Assembly: GCA_036339465.1 (NCBI GenBank)
Contig: JAYZAY010000060.1
Coordinates: 1-44,807 of the forward strand
DNA from: Myxococcota bacterium
GTDB lineage: Bacteria > Myxococcota > XYA12-FULL-58-9 > JABJBS01
Direction: 5' to 3'
DNA length: 44,807 nucleotides
Below are positions 1 through 9,223 of this stretch, piece by piece. Every line of letters begins with the position of its first letter. The first letter of the stretch is position 1. Below the pieces are notes generated by a model that worked only from the letters and a program-made list of their open reading frames with translations, did not search any database and was not told where the DNA came from. Made by a program: the position numbers and the translations under genes.

Positions 1-328
1 TAATTGGGGGGGGGACCGAATAGGGATCCAAGTGATAATTGGGTGCTAGATAGAGCAGTTTCTTAAATTCTCTTTGTCCTAGTTTTTGGCGGTTGGTGAG
101 GTAATACGAAACACCGAGCATTTTTCTGGCTTCTTGGACCGATTCTCCCGAATCCAATGATACTGGATATAATATCTTTTCGAGCAATTGGACGGCTTCT
201 TCGAAATTTCCGTAGGCGAATTCGTTCGATGCTCTTCTAAGAGTTTGGGCGGAGTTGTCCGGGGAAGAGTTCGGACTCGGAGCCTGCGCACTGATTAGAT
301 TGACGGTGAAGAGCATGATGCAAATCAT
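1..328 (-). CDS. TPR-like protein, partial (runs off the left edge)
   Basis: Manual translation from ATG 328 is open to the edge: MICIMLFTVNLISAQAP...AYGNFEEAVQLLEKILYP...EARKMLGVSYYL...FKKLLYLAPNYHLDPYSVPPPI. Signal-peptide-like N-terminus, TPR-like helices, 10 nt downstream of the kinase stop. Confidence 0.75.
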   Translation of the reverse strand, partial: MICIMLFTVNLISAQAPSPNSSPDNSAQTLRRASNEFAYGNFEEAVQLLEKILYPVSLDSGESVQEARKMLGVSYYLTNRQKLGQREFKKLLYLAPNYHLDPYSVPPPI

Positions 329-338
329 AAATAAGCAA

Positions 339-2177
339 CTACTGCGGAGGTAACGCGACATCAAGGGTCAATGTTTCGGCAGGCCTAAGAATCACGGTTC
401 TTTTGAGAACGGCGGCTTCGGTGCTGATGACAATCTCAAACGAAGATCGGCCCTGTCCAGGTGGGAACGGTACTAAAATAGGGTCGGCTCGAGTGAGTTC
501 ATTAAGGACGTAATTTCTTCCTGCCACAGAAACAACCGCATCGGTTTCAAGTCCATTGATAAATAATTTCGCGTCTTTGGGACGAAGTCGAAGCAGGAGA
601 GGTCGTAATGGTGCTACGTCTTTTCCGTTGAATTTAAATTCGACGGGGCGAGCAGTGGGGTTTTCAAAGCGTACCGTATGTTTACCGGGCGACAGCGTCA
701 ATTTGAATAGTCCCATTTGGTTGGTTGCTACTTGCTCATTGTCCACAAAGGCGTTGACCCAGGCACCTCCCGTCCGAAAAGAGACTTCGTAACTTGTGTC
801 GCTGGCTTTTTCTTTTTTAGGGGTCGAAGCGGCTGCTGGAGGTCTTTTGTTCTCGTCACGAACCCCGATTTTCGGAGAAGTGGTGCCAGTCGCTATTTTC
901 TCCTTATGGGTTGGGATGTTGACGCTGCTTATTGTAAATGGGGGATTCGCTTTTGGTTCTTCTGCAGGGCCGATGGATTCGGTATCAATGTTGTTTTCGA
1001 AGGGTAACACGAGGGCTATCAGCAATGCTACGAGTCCCGCCGCAGCCAAAAAGGCAGTGAGAATTGTGGTATTTCGTTTTATCCATTGATTTCTGGTGAG
1101 GGTGTCTAATCTCTTAAGAACCCCATCATTGTGGGGTTCTGTGGCCAGGATACGATTGTAATCATTTAGTGCGTCTATTGTGTTTCCCGACTTAAGTGCA
1201 TGTTCGGCGGCTTGTTCATAGGTTTCTACGAGCGTGGTTTCGAGTTTTTTCGCGTAGCTGTTTTTGTTTTCGAGTGCTTTCTCAAGAATATGGGCGCCAC
1301 CGTGTTCGATCTTCAGTCGAACCAGGACCCTATCAAGGTTTTGGCGAAGTTCCTGAGCCGTGTTGAAACGATCCGCCGGATCAATCGTTAGACAACGATC
1401 GATAATTGCCTCAATTGTTGCATGAATCTGAGGATTTAATTCAGTAGCAGGCACGTAATTTCCACAGGTAATCGCTCTGAGCGTGGCAGCCGGTGAATCA
1501 CCTCGGAAAGGTAGGGAACCGGTCGTCAAGTTGTAGAGAAGTGCCCCGAAGGCGAAAATATCGACGCGATGATCGGTACTGTTGCCTTCGATGTACTCTG
1601 GAGCCATAAAAGCAGGTGAGCCCAGTAATGTACCCGTCATGGTGACGGATTGTCCTTCGAGAATGCGTGCAATACCAAAATCAGTTAGGCGTAAGTTTCC
1701 GTCTTTTCCGATCAGAACATTTTCTGGTTTTAAGTCTCGATGAATGATCCCGTGATTGTGAGCATGAGCCAGTGCGTCTGCAATAGCACGTCCGACCAGC
1801 AAGCCAAACTCGGGAGGACCAAAGGGGGTTGACTCTTTAAGGTGTTCGGCTAGGGACGGTCCATTGACGAGTTCCATCACCATATACAGGTGATCGTCGC
1901 TGGTTTTTGCGTAATCATAAATTCGAATAATATTCACGTGTTCGAGTTGTGCTACGGCGACGGCTTCCCTGTGAAAGCGCCCGCGAGCGACGGGGTCGTC
2001 GTTTAGGAATGTATGCATGACTTTGACGGCAACATCTCTTTCGAGCTGGAGGTCGTGTCCTCGATAGACCACGCTCATTCCCCCGCGTCCGAGTTCTTCG
2101 AAGAGTTCGTAACGCTCCGAAGTAATTTTGTTAATGGCCGCTAATTGAGCGGCCGACAGGTTTGGAGTGGTTGTCAT
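339..2177 (-). CDS. Membrane Ser/Thr protein kinase (Hanks type) with TPR-like segment, TM helix and C-terminal PEGA-like beta domain
   Basis: Motifs LGRGGMSVVY, VAVK, HRDLKPEN, TDFG, GSPAFMAPE; TM ILTAFLAAAGLVALLIALVL. Start moved to ATG 2177 (AGGGAG upstream). Confidence 0.92.
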   Translation of the reverse strand: MTTTPNLSAAQLAAINKITSERYELFEELGRGGMSVVYRGHDLQLERDVAVKVMHTFLNDDPVARGRFHREAVAVAQLEHVNIIRIYDYAKTSDDHLYMVMELVNGPSLAEHLKESTPFGPPEFGLLVGRAIADALAHAHNHGIIHRDLKPENVLIGKDGNLRLTDFGIARILEGQSVTMTGTLLGSPAFMAPEYIEGNSTDHRVDIFAFGALLYNLTTGSLPFRGDSPAATLRAITCGNYVPATELNPQIHATIEAIIDRCLTIDPADRFNTAQELRQNLDRVLVRLKIEHGGAHILEKALENKNSYAKKLETTLVETYEQAAEHALKSGNTIDALNDYNRILATEPHNDGVLKRLDTLTRNQWIKRNTTILTAFLAAAGLVALLIALVLPFENNIDTESIGPAEEPKANPPFTISSVNIPTHKEKIATGTTSPKIGVRDENKRPPAAASTPKKEKASDTSYEVSFRTGGAWVNAFVDNEQVATNQMGLFKLTLSPGKHTVRFENPTARPVEFKFNGKDVAPLRPLLLRLRPKDAKLFINGLETDAVVSVAGRNYVLNELTRADPILVPFPPGQGRSSFEIVISTEAAVLKRTVILRPAETLTLDVALPPQ

Positions 2178-2251
2178 CTCCCTATCTGTTACCAGAAAAT
2201 TGCCGATCAACAAAAGCCGTTCTTTTCTGAATACTTGTCCTGGCTTCGGAC

Positions 2252-2280
2252 TTGACACCATCAGAGCAGAGAGGTAAACG
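2252..2280 (+). promoter_or_regulatory. sigma70-type promoter for tRNA-Val/infC operon
   Basis: TTGACA (2252-2257), 17-nt spacer, TAAACG (2275-2280), then a GC-rich discriminator-like stretch. Confidence 0.6.
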
Positions 2281-2301
2281 CTCGCTCCGCGGTGACGCCG
2301 C

Positions 2302-2376
2302 AGGCGCGTAGCTCAGTGGTAGAGCACTACATTGACATTGTAGGGGTCGACAGTTCAAGTCTGTCCGTGCCTACCA
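2302..2376 (+). tRNA. tRNA-Val(GAC)
   Basis: Cloverleaf with acceptor AGGCGCG/CGTGCCT, anticodon arm CTACA-TTGACAT-TGTAG, T-loop TTCAAGT and encoded CCA. Confidence 0.97.
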
Positions 2377-2534
2377 TCGCTACAGAAAAGGTTATGTTAA
2401 CTTGATAAGTAGTGGTGGTAGTTGGACATTCATCCATAACGCGGTCCTTGACCCAGGGATGCAAGCGGTGGTACGTCCCCGAGAGGAAATGGACTTAGTT
2501 AAAGGCTAGTCCGGATAAAACGAAGGAGAAAGTT

Positions 2535-3071
2535 ATAGCCAGGCCACAAAATCAACGCCCTGTGACGCAGAAGTTGAGAATTAACCAGTGGATTAGGGCT
2601 CGAGAAGTTCGAGTGATTGATCCTGATGGGCAACAGCTGGGGATTATGCCACCTGAGATGGCGATGGCGAAAGCCACAGACGCAGGTTTAGATCTGGTTG
2701 AGGTGTCTCCGGAGACGAAGCCTCCGGTTTGTCGAATCATGGATTACGGCAAATTTAAGTACGCACTAAAGAAAAAGAAAGCTGAGGCCAAGAAAAGCCA
2801 AGTGAGTACGACAATAAAGGAAGTCAAGTTCCGGCCGAAAATCGAGGAACATGACTACACCACAAAAGTCGAGAGAATTAAGAAGTTTCTGGAGGCGGGA
2901 TTTAAAGCGAAGGTGACCATGATGTTTCGAGGTCGTGAAATCACCCGACAAGATGCCGCAAGACAAATAATGTTTCGTATTGCTGATGATCTCAAGGATA
3001 TAGGATCTTTGGAGCTCCAGCCGAAACTTGAAGGTCGGAATATGACGATGGTAGTGGTACCAACGCGTTGA
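2535..3071 (+). CDS. infC: Translation initiation factor IF-3
   Basis: INQWIRAREVRVID, LDLVEVSP, PPVCRIMDYGKFKY, KEVKFRP, FRGRE. SD AAGGAG (2523-2528) points to in-frame ATA at 2535 rather than GTG 2562. Confidence 0.97.
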   Translation: MARPQNQRPVTQKLRINQWIRAREVRVIDPDGQQLGIMPPEMAMAKATDAGLDLVEVSPETKPPVCRIMDYGKFKYALKKKKAEAKKSQVSTTIKEVKFRPKIEEHDYTTKVERIKKFLEAGFKAKVTMMFRGREITRQDAARQIMFRIADDLKDIGSLELQPKLEGRNMTMVVVPTR

Positions 3072-3101
3072 CGATTTTATTTATTTAGGAGAGATGAGGC
3101 C

Positions 3102-3305
3102 ATGGCTAAACTCAAACTAAAAACAAAAAGAGCAGCTAAGAAGCGTTATTCTTTAACAGGCAAAGGCCGGGTTAAGGTCGGCCGTAAAGGCAAACGTCAC
3201 TTGTTTGTTGGGAAGTCTCGTAAGCGACTACGAAACCTGAAGGGAACTACGCATCTCTCAGCTGCTGATGAACCAATGGCGAAAAGCCTGATTCCCTACG
3301 GCTGA
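3102..3305 (+). CDS. rpmI: 50S ribosomal protein L35
   Basis: KLKTKRAAKKRYSLTGKG...HL; position between infC and rplT. Confidence 0.95.
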   Translation: MAKLKLKTKRAAKKRYSLTGKGRVKVGRKGKRHLFVGKSRKRLRNLKGTTHLSAADEPMAKSLIPYG

Positions 3306-3341
3306 ATAGGGTAATTAACTTGTTCCTTGGAGGACAGAACC

Positions 3342-3698
3342 ATGCCTAGAACAAAAGGTGGTTACAAAACTCGCGTTCGACGAAAGCGCGTTCTAAAGCA
3401 AACTCAAGGTTACTGGGGGGCTCGACGTAAGCTCTATGCAGTGGCCAAAGAGACCCTAGACCGAGCTCTTGTCTTTTCATATGTGGGTCGTAAGCTCAAG
3501 AAGCGCGATTTTCGTAAGTTATGGATACAGCGCATTAATGCGGCGGTTCGGTCGCATGACTTAAACTATAGTAAGTTTATTCATGGTTTGGGCCGGGCAA
3601 ATATTGAGCTTGATCGACGTGCACTTGCAGACCTTGCAGTTCATGAGCCAAAGGCGTTTGCCGAGTTGGCAGGTCTTTGTAAGCAAGCGCTGGCGTAA
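3342..3698 (+). CDS. rplT: 50S ribosomal protein L20
   Basis: MPRTKGG..., KKRDFRKLWIQRINAA, YSKFIHGL; SD GGAGG before ATG 3342. Confidence 0.97.
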   Translation: MPRTKGGYKTRVRRKRVLKQTQGYWGARRKLYAVAKETLDRALVFSYVGRKLKKRDFRKLWIQRINAAVRSHDLNYSKFIHGLGRANIELDRRALADLAVHEPKAFAELAGLCKQALA

Positions 3699-3773
3699 GT
3701 CTTAATTTATTTTGTCTCATTTCGAATCTTCACTGAGCAGTATTAAAACACTGCGTCGTTAAGGTCCGGCATT

Positions 3774-4778
3774 ATGCAAGAACAGATCCAGGAAATAGAA
3801 CGTTCCTCAATCAAACGAGCGAAACAGGCAACATCGATTGATTCTATAAATAAGCTTCGTTCTGAGGTGATTGGTAAGAAGGGCGCTCTTGGACTTCTGC
3901 TTCGTCGACTTGGCGAGTTGCCAAAAGAAGAACGGCCTCAGGCGGGTGCTGCAGTAAATTTGGCAAAGGTTCGAATTGAAGAAGCGTTTGATGCTGCAGT
4001 TGGACGTATCTCAGAGCTCGAGGTTCAAAAAAGCCTCAATGCTGGTGCGTACGATGTGAGTCGTCCCGGTCGGCGACTTAAGCTTGGTTACCAGCACCCC
4101 CTAAAGATTGTTGAAGAGGAAATCTTATCCTGCCTTGGACGCCTTGGCTTTGTGGTAGCTGACGGTCCCCTTATTGAACATGACTGGTTTAACTTTGAGG
4201 CACTGAATTTACCGTCTGATCATCCAGCTCGTGATATGCAGGACACGTTCTTCATTCGTGACTCTGTTTTGCTGAGGACTCATACGTCGAATGTGCAAAT
4301 TAGGACGATGCTTAACAAGGAACCACCTATTCGTATTGTTGGTCCTGGGATGGTATTTCGTAATGATGAAGTGGATGCGACTCATTCCCCTGTGTTTCAC
4401 CAAATTGAAGGATTATGGATCGATGATAAAGCGACCTTTAGTGATCTTAAGGGTGTTTTGAACTATTTGGCGGTGGTTCTTTTTGGCGCGGACGCCGAAT
4501 TACGATTCAGACCCAGCTATTTTCCCTTTACTGAGCCATCGGCGGAGATCGATGTTAAATTTACACGCGGTGGGGGTGATTGGTTGGAAATTCTGGGTGC
4601 GGGAATGGTGGACCCGGCTGTCTTGGAAGCTGTCGGCTACGACCCCGAGAGATATCAGGGGTTTGCCTTTGGTTTGGGCGTGGAGCGCGTGGCTATGTTG
4701 AAGTGGGGCATTGATGATATCCGCCTTTTTTACGAAAATGACCTACGGTTTCTCTCGCAATTTGAATTGGGAGGGTAA
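3774..4778 (+). CDS. pheS: Phenylalanine-tRNA ligase alpha subunit
   Basis: NFEALN, HPARDMQDTF, LLRTHTS, THSPVFHQIEG, FRPSYFPFTEP, GFAFGLGVER. Confidence 0.98.
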   Translation: MQEQIQEIERSSIKRAKQATSIDSINKLRSEVIGKKGALGLLLRRLGELPKEERPQAGAAVNLAKVRIEEAFDAAVGRISELEVQKSLNAGAYDVSRPGRRLKLGYQHPLKIVEEEILSCLGRLGFVVADGPLIEHDWFNFEALNLPSDHPARDMQDTFFIRDSVLLRTHTSNVQIRTMLNKEPPIRIVGPGMVFRNDEVDATHSPVFHQIEGLWIDDKATFSDLKGVLNYLAVVLFGADAELRFRPSYFPFTEPSAEIDVKFTRGGGDWLEILGAGMVDPAVLEAVGYDPERYQGFAFGLGVERVAMLKWGIDDIRLFYENDLRFLSQFELGG

Positions 4779-4820
4779 AGGTCATTTTGTGACCTAAATC
4801 AATCCCAGCCAGGAGCTGCC

Positions 4821-7262
4821 ATGCGTGTTTCCTTCGATTGGTTATCTGATTTTGTCGACTTGCCTTCGGCAGCGGAATTGACTGCGTTACTAACTTCTCT
4901 TGGAGCTGAGGTCGAAGAAGTAAATTTACCTCAGGACTTTGTTAGTGGGGTGGTGGTGGGCCGTGTTATTGAGGTCGAGAAACATCCCGATGCCGATAAG
5001 CTGCAGATTTGTCAGGTTTCAGCGGGTGACGCTTGTTTTTCGGTGGTTTGTGGCGCGCCAAATGTCCGACCTGGCCTCACCGTTCCTTATGCCAAGCCAG
5101 GGGCGGTTCTGCCGGGTGATTTTAAGATTTCCGAGCGAAAAGTCAGAGGTGTCTTGAGCGCGGGGATGTTGTGTGCTCGTGACGAACTCGGTCTCACCGG
5201 TCAGAAAGAGGATGGCCTGTGGGAGTTGAGCGGCGATCTCGTACCCGGAGCATCTTTGGATGATATTTTAGAGCGCGAAGCCTCCCTGGAATTGTCCATT
5301 ACCCCCAACAGAAGTGATCTACTCTCGCACATGGGTGTGGCAAGAGAGATTGCAGCGGCTAGGGGGACCCGTTTGCGAAATCCTAAATGGGCTTTGAAAG
5401 AGTTTGGTCCAGACGTGGCCAAAGGGGTGAGTGTTTCTGTTTATGAGAGCGACTTATGTCCTAAATATTGTGCCCGTGTGGTTCGAAATGTCAAAGTGGG
5501 ACCGTCACCGTCTTGGCTGGTGGAACGGTTGGAAGCAGTTGGATTGAGGTCCATCAACAATGTTGTGGACGTGACAAATTATGTCCTAATGGAATATGGC
5601 CAGCCCCTTCATGCCTTTGATGCGAAAAAATTAGTTCAGCAGAATGGAATGCCCCATCTACTGGTTCGGTATGCGAAAGAGGGTGAGAAAGCCAAGTCTC
5701 TTGATGGTGTGGAGCGTGATTTAAAGGCAACCGACTTGGTGATCGCAGATGCTGATAAAGTAGTCGCGATTGCGGGTGTGATGGGCGGGCAAATTGCGGA
5801 AGTCGATGGTCGGACGAATCATATCGTGTTGGAGTCAGCATTTTTCGAGCCGATGACCGTTAGGCGGACAGCCCGCCGGTTGGGATTACATACGGATTCG
5901 TCTCATCGGTTTGAGCGACATGCTGATCCCGGTGCGGTAGAGAAGGCAATCGATCGGTGTGCGCAACTTTTGGTGGAAGTGGCCGGTGGTGAGGTGGCGA
6001 AAGGTCGACTTGCTGTGGGGAACGGGCCTGTGATGGTCAACGAGGTGAGCGTTAGAGCAGAAAGAGTCAGTCGAATATTGGGGATTAGATTAACGAGTGA
6101 GACGATGATTCAACTGCTGGAACCCCTCGGTGTGCGGTGTATTGCAAACGAAGACGATGCTTTGCGGTTTAATATCCCGTCGTTCCGTCCAGATATTACC
6201 AGAGAGATCGACCTGATTGAGGAATTGGCAAGGCGATTTGGCTACAATAAAATTGAAGTGACCATGCCCAGTTCAGGGGCGATGCCGCAACCGTACTTGA
6301 AAATGGAAATTCTAAAGTCGCGGTTGCGTCGGGGAGTCCTGGCTTCTGGCTATTCCGAGACAATTCATTATGCATTTGGCAAGAAGGCGCGCTACGAGAA
6401 TGCAGGGACGTTACTTAACGACGACCGGCCGGTGGTGTTGTTAAATCCACTTGGTGAAGATTACAGCACCATGCGTACCACGCTCCTACCGGGAATTTTG
6501 GATTCGATATCGCGAAATCAACGGCGGGGGCAGGGGGACCTAAAGTTTTTTGAGATTGGTCGGGTTTTTTGTGAGCGCGATGCCCGGGATGATGAGGACG
6601 AACGAGATAAGTACTTGCCTCACGAAGAAGAATCCTTTGCGATGGTTTTGTGTGGGACCCGTGATGCCGGTGCTTGGTACAGCAGGGGTGAGAATGTTGA
6701 TCTTGGGGATTTAATTGGGGCTCTTGAAACCCTTTTTGAAGGACTTCGAGTCGACGTTGAGCGGCCTACCTACGAACATGCCTTCTTTAATCCCTATGCT
6801 ACGGCCTCGTTATTTCTTTCTGGCAAAAAGATCGGTCTCGTTGGAGAGTTACATCCACACTATGTAGAGCAATTTTCAATTCAAGGGCCGGTTTATGCCC
6901 TGGAGTTGTCCCTGACTGTTTTGGTTGATGAGGATGTTCCTGAAGTTCGGTATACCGCTCTCCCAAAATATCCGGCCATTCGGAAGGATGTAGCGATTCT
7001 TGCGGAGGAGCATCGGCCGGCGGAGGAGTTTCGGTCATTTATCGCAGCAAAGGCTGGCGGTCAGCTGGGGGCGCATATTATTGAGGATGTTAAGCTTTTC
7101 GATGTTTACGGGGGACACGGCATTCCAAAGGGACATGTAAGCTTAGCGTTTGGAATTGTGTATCGCAGTAGCCAACGTACTTTGACAGATGATGAGGTGG
7201 GTGTTGCCTTTGATAGCGTGATCGACGCATTGAAGAATCAGTTCCAAGTGGAGATTCGATAG
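4821..7262 (+). CDS. pheT: Phenylalanine-tRNA ligase beta subunit
   Basis: HPDADKL, VVCGAPN, ITPNRSD, INNVVDVTNY, GQPLHAFD, RPDITREIDLIEE, C-terminal FDX-ACB domain. Confidence 0.98.
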   Translation: MRVSFDWLSDFVDLPSAAELTALLTSLGAEVEEVNLPQDFVSGVVVGRVIEVEKHPDADKLQICQVSAGDACFSVVCGAPNVRPGLTVPYAKPGAVLPGDFKISERKVRGVLSAGMLCARDELGLTGQKEDGLWELSGDLVPGASLDDILEREASLELSITPNRSDLLSHMGVAREIAAARGTRLRNPKWALKEFGPDVAKGVSVSVYESDLCPKYCARVVRNVKVGPSPSWLVERLEAVGLRSINNVVDVTNYVLMEYGQPLHAFDAKKLVQQNGMPHLLVRYAKEGEKAKSLDGVERDLKATDLVIADADKVVAIAGVMGGQIAEVDGRTNHIVLESAFFEPMTVRRTARRLGLHTDSSHRFERHADPGAVEKAIDRCAQLLVEVAGGEVAKGRLAVGNGPVMVNEVSVRAERVSRILGIRLTSETMIQLLEPLGVRCIANEDDALRFNIPSFRPDITREIDLIEELARRFGYNKIEVTMPSSGAMPQPYLKMEILKSRLRRGVLASGYSETIHYAFGKKARYENAGTLLNDDRPVVLLNPLGEDYSTMRTTLLPGILDSISRNQRRGQGDLKFFEIGRVFCERDARDDEDERDKYLPHEEESFAMVLCGTRDAGAWYSRGENVDLGDLIGALETLFEGLRVDVERPTYEHAFFNPYATASLFLSGKKIGLVGELHPHYVEQFSIQGPVYALELSLTVLVDEDVPEVRYTALPKYPAIRKDVAILAEEHRPAEEFRSFIAAKAGGQLGAHIIEDVKLFDVYGGHGIPKGHVSLAFGIVYRSSQRTLTDDEVGVAFDSVIDALKNQFQVEIR

Positions 7263-7333
7263 TGGTTTTATTATAGATTCACTTGAAATTCTGAGGTTTT
7301 TCCAACTATAGACACCCGAGTGTAGGAGTGACC

Positions 7334-7633
7334 ATGACAAAAGCAGAGTTGGTTGAAGCAATCCATGAGCAAGTAGGGCTATCTAAGAAGGAGTCTGCGG
7401 ACGTCGTAGAACTGGTGTTTGATACGATGAAGCTGACCCTGGAGAAGTCTGAGAAAATAAAGATTAGTGGTTTTGGTAACTTTGAGGTTCGGAACAAGCG
7501 ATCTCGCGTAGGCCGAAATCCACAGACTGGAGAAGTTATTGAGATTGCCGCGAGAAGTGTACTAACGTTTAAGCCGTCCCAGGTACTTAAGGGTGCGTTG
7601 AACTCTTCTGGTGGAGAATTTGTGGCTTCCTAA
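7334..7633 (+). CDS. ihfA: Integration host factor alpha
   Basis: MTKAELVE..., ISGFGNF, GRNPQTGE, TFKPSQVLK; follows pheT. Confidence 0.95.
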   Translation: MTKAELVEAIHEQVGLSKKESADVVELVFDTMKLTLEKSEKIKISGFGNFEVRNKRSRVGRNPQTGEVIEIAARSVLTFKPSQVLKGALNSSGGEFVAS

Positions 7634-7670
7634 AGCCCAATTGTAATACTTTGATGGGGGCAGGGGGATT

Positions 7671-8171
7671 ATGTCTTCCCGAGTTTCACAAGCGTTTACA
7701 ACGTCGTCGCCGATTCCGGAGAAGCTGTACTTCAAGATTGGTGAGGTAGCGAAGTTGGTAGGGGTGCAACCCCATGTCTTGCGTTATTGGGAGCGGGAGG
7801 TTACGTCCATAAGGCCGGGGAAGACAGCGTCAAATCAAAGGCGCTACCGTCGGCGTGATGTAGAAATCTTTCGTGAGATTCGGCGCCTTCTTCATGATGA
7901 GAAGTTTACCTTAGCAGGGGCAAAGAAGCGGTTTTTATCAAATTCTCGTTCGGGGTCTAAGGAAGGCTCCAAGAACGCGAACTTAGTCGTAAAAAAGTCT
8001 CCTATAGTTGAGGAGCTTCCGCAAGAAAAGGAACCCATAATTGCGAGGGTGAATCCGGCGCTAAAATCAGCCCAACAAATGCAATTTCAGTTTGCCAATG
8101 AAGAGTTCCAGAGACGGTTGGTCAAGGTTCGACGAGGGCTTTTAGAGCTTGTTTCTCTTGCAAGTGATTGA
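7671..8171 (+). CDS. MerR-family HTH transcriptional regulator (ihfA-associated)
   Basis: KLYFKIGEVAKLVGVQPHVLRYWE...RRYRRRD...LLHDEKFTLAGAK. Confidence 0.92.
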   Translation: MSSRVSQAFTTSSPIPEKLYFKIGEVAKLVGVQPHVLRYWEREVTSIRPGKTASNQRRYRRRDVEIFREIRRLLHDEKFTLAGAKKRFLSNSRSGSKEGSKNANLVVKKSPIVEELPQEKEPIIARVNPALKSAQQMQFQFANEEFQRRLVKVRRGLLELVSLASD

Positions 8172-8208
8172 CCGGTTTTTTAGTCTAGGTGGGTTAATAA
8201 TCGCTCAC

Positions 8209-9153
8209 CTAGTCCAGGATGAAATCTAAAGGATCGAGTGGTCGCCCATTTTTTCGGACTTCATAGTGCAAATGAGGACCGGTTGATTGACCGGTATTTC
8301 CTACTTGTCCGAGGTATTCTCGTCTCTTGATGGCGTGGCCAACCTTAACTTCTACCTTACTTAGATGGGCAAAGTGGGTTTGGATGCCATATCCGTGATC
8401 CAGGACGACGGTAAGACCGTAGGCCCCCCTATAGCCCGCATAGATAACGATCCCGTCAGCGGGGGAGAATACCTCCATTCCAGTATATCCCCCAAAATCT
8501 ATACCTTTATGCATCACGAGCGACTTTAAGATTGGGTGATGACGCTTTCCAAAACGACTTGTGACCCAAGTGGGTTGAACCGGACATATAGAAGGGGTGT
8601 GGTGCAATAGGCGGTCTGTATCTCTCAGATAGTGTCCCAAGCTGATCAGATCTTCATAGAGTTGCCAGGAGAGGCGCGTTACCGAGTGGTGTCGTGCGTT
8701 AACTGTTTTGAAGGTTGTGGTCGACTCGGCTTCAAGGAAATGGGGCTCATTAGGTGACTCAGATTGAACACTTGTTTCTTGGGATTCAAAACCTACGGGA
8801 CCAATAGAGGAAGCATTACTCGGATAGTCGAAGCCTGATTTGTTCCAAAGCACTTCCATTGCGGTTTGGGCATGAAGCAACTTTTGCCGATGCATTGCCA
8901 TATCTTGCTCGATTTTTCGAAGCTGCGTGTCTTGGAGCTGATTTCTACGAATTAGCGCGCGGGTTTCGTTCATGGTCGGAATCGTCAGGATGGTATCGAT
9001 TAGCAATGCCGCTGGTCCAAGGGTAACGGTAACCAGTAGCAAGAAGTATAGGCAGACCTGAGATCTTTTAAGGCTCACCCGCAAGGTACGGCCGCCAGAA
9101 GCGTCCGTGATAATGACCATGTATCTTTGATTCGCAGTTTGCGTTTTGACCAT
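8209..9153 (-). CDS. M23 family metallopeptidase with N-terminal TM and coiled coil
   Basis: HKGID, YGLTVVLDHG, HFAHL, STGPHLHYEV. Confidence 0.92.
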   Translation of the reverse strand: MVKTQTANQRYMVIITDASGGRTLRVSLKRSQVCLYFLLLVTVTLGPAALLIDTILTIPTMNETRALIRRNQLQDTQLRKIEQDMAMHRQKLLHAQTAMEVLWNKSGFDYPSNASSIGPVGFESQETSVQSESPNEPHFLEAESTTTFKTVNARHHSVTRLSWQLYEDLISLGHYLRDTDRLLHHTPSICPVQPTWVTSRFGKRHHPILKSLVMHKGIDFGGYTGMEVFSPADGIVIYAGYRGAYGLTVVLDHGYGIQTHFAHLSKVEVKVGHAIKRREYLGQVGNTGQSTGPHLHYEVRKNGRPLDPLDFILD

Positions 9154-9223
9154 CTCTCTTTGTTTTCAATGAGTAGCTTTTCCGCGGCAAATGGCCGCAA
9201 ACTCACAAGTTGTCAAGGGTTGA

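Noticed and set aside
2463..2480. T-box-like sequence AAGCGGTGGTACGTCC upstream of infC
   Set aside because: Partial match to the AGGGUGGNACC consensus only; no Stem I or specifier loop and no terminator seen.
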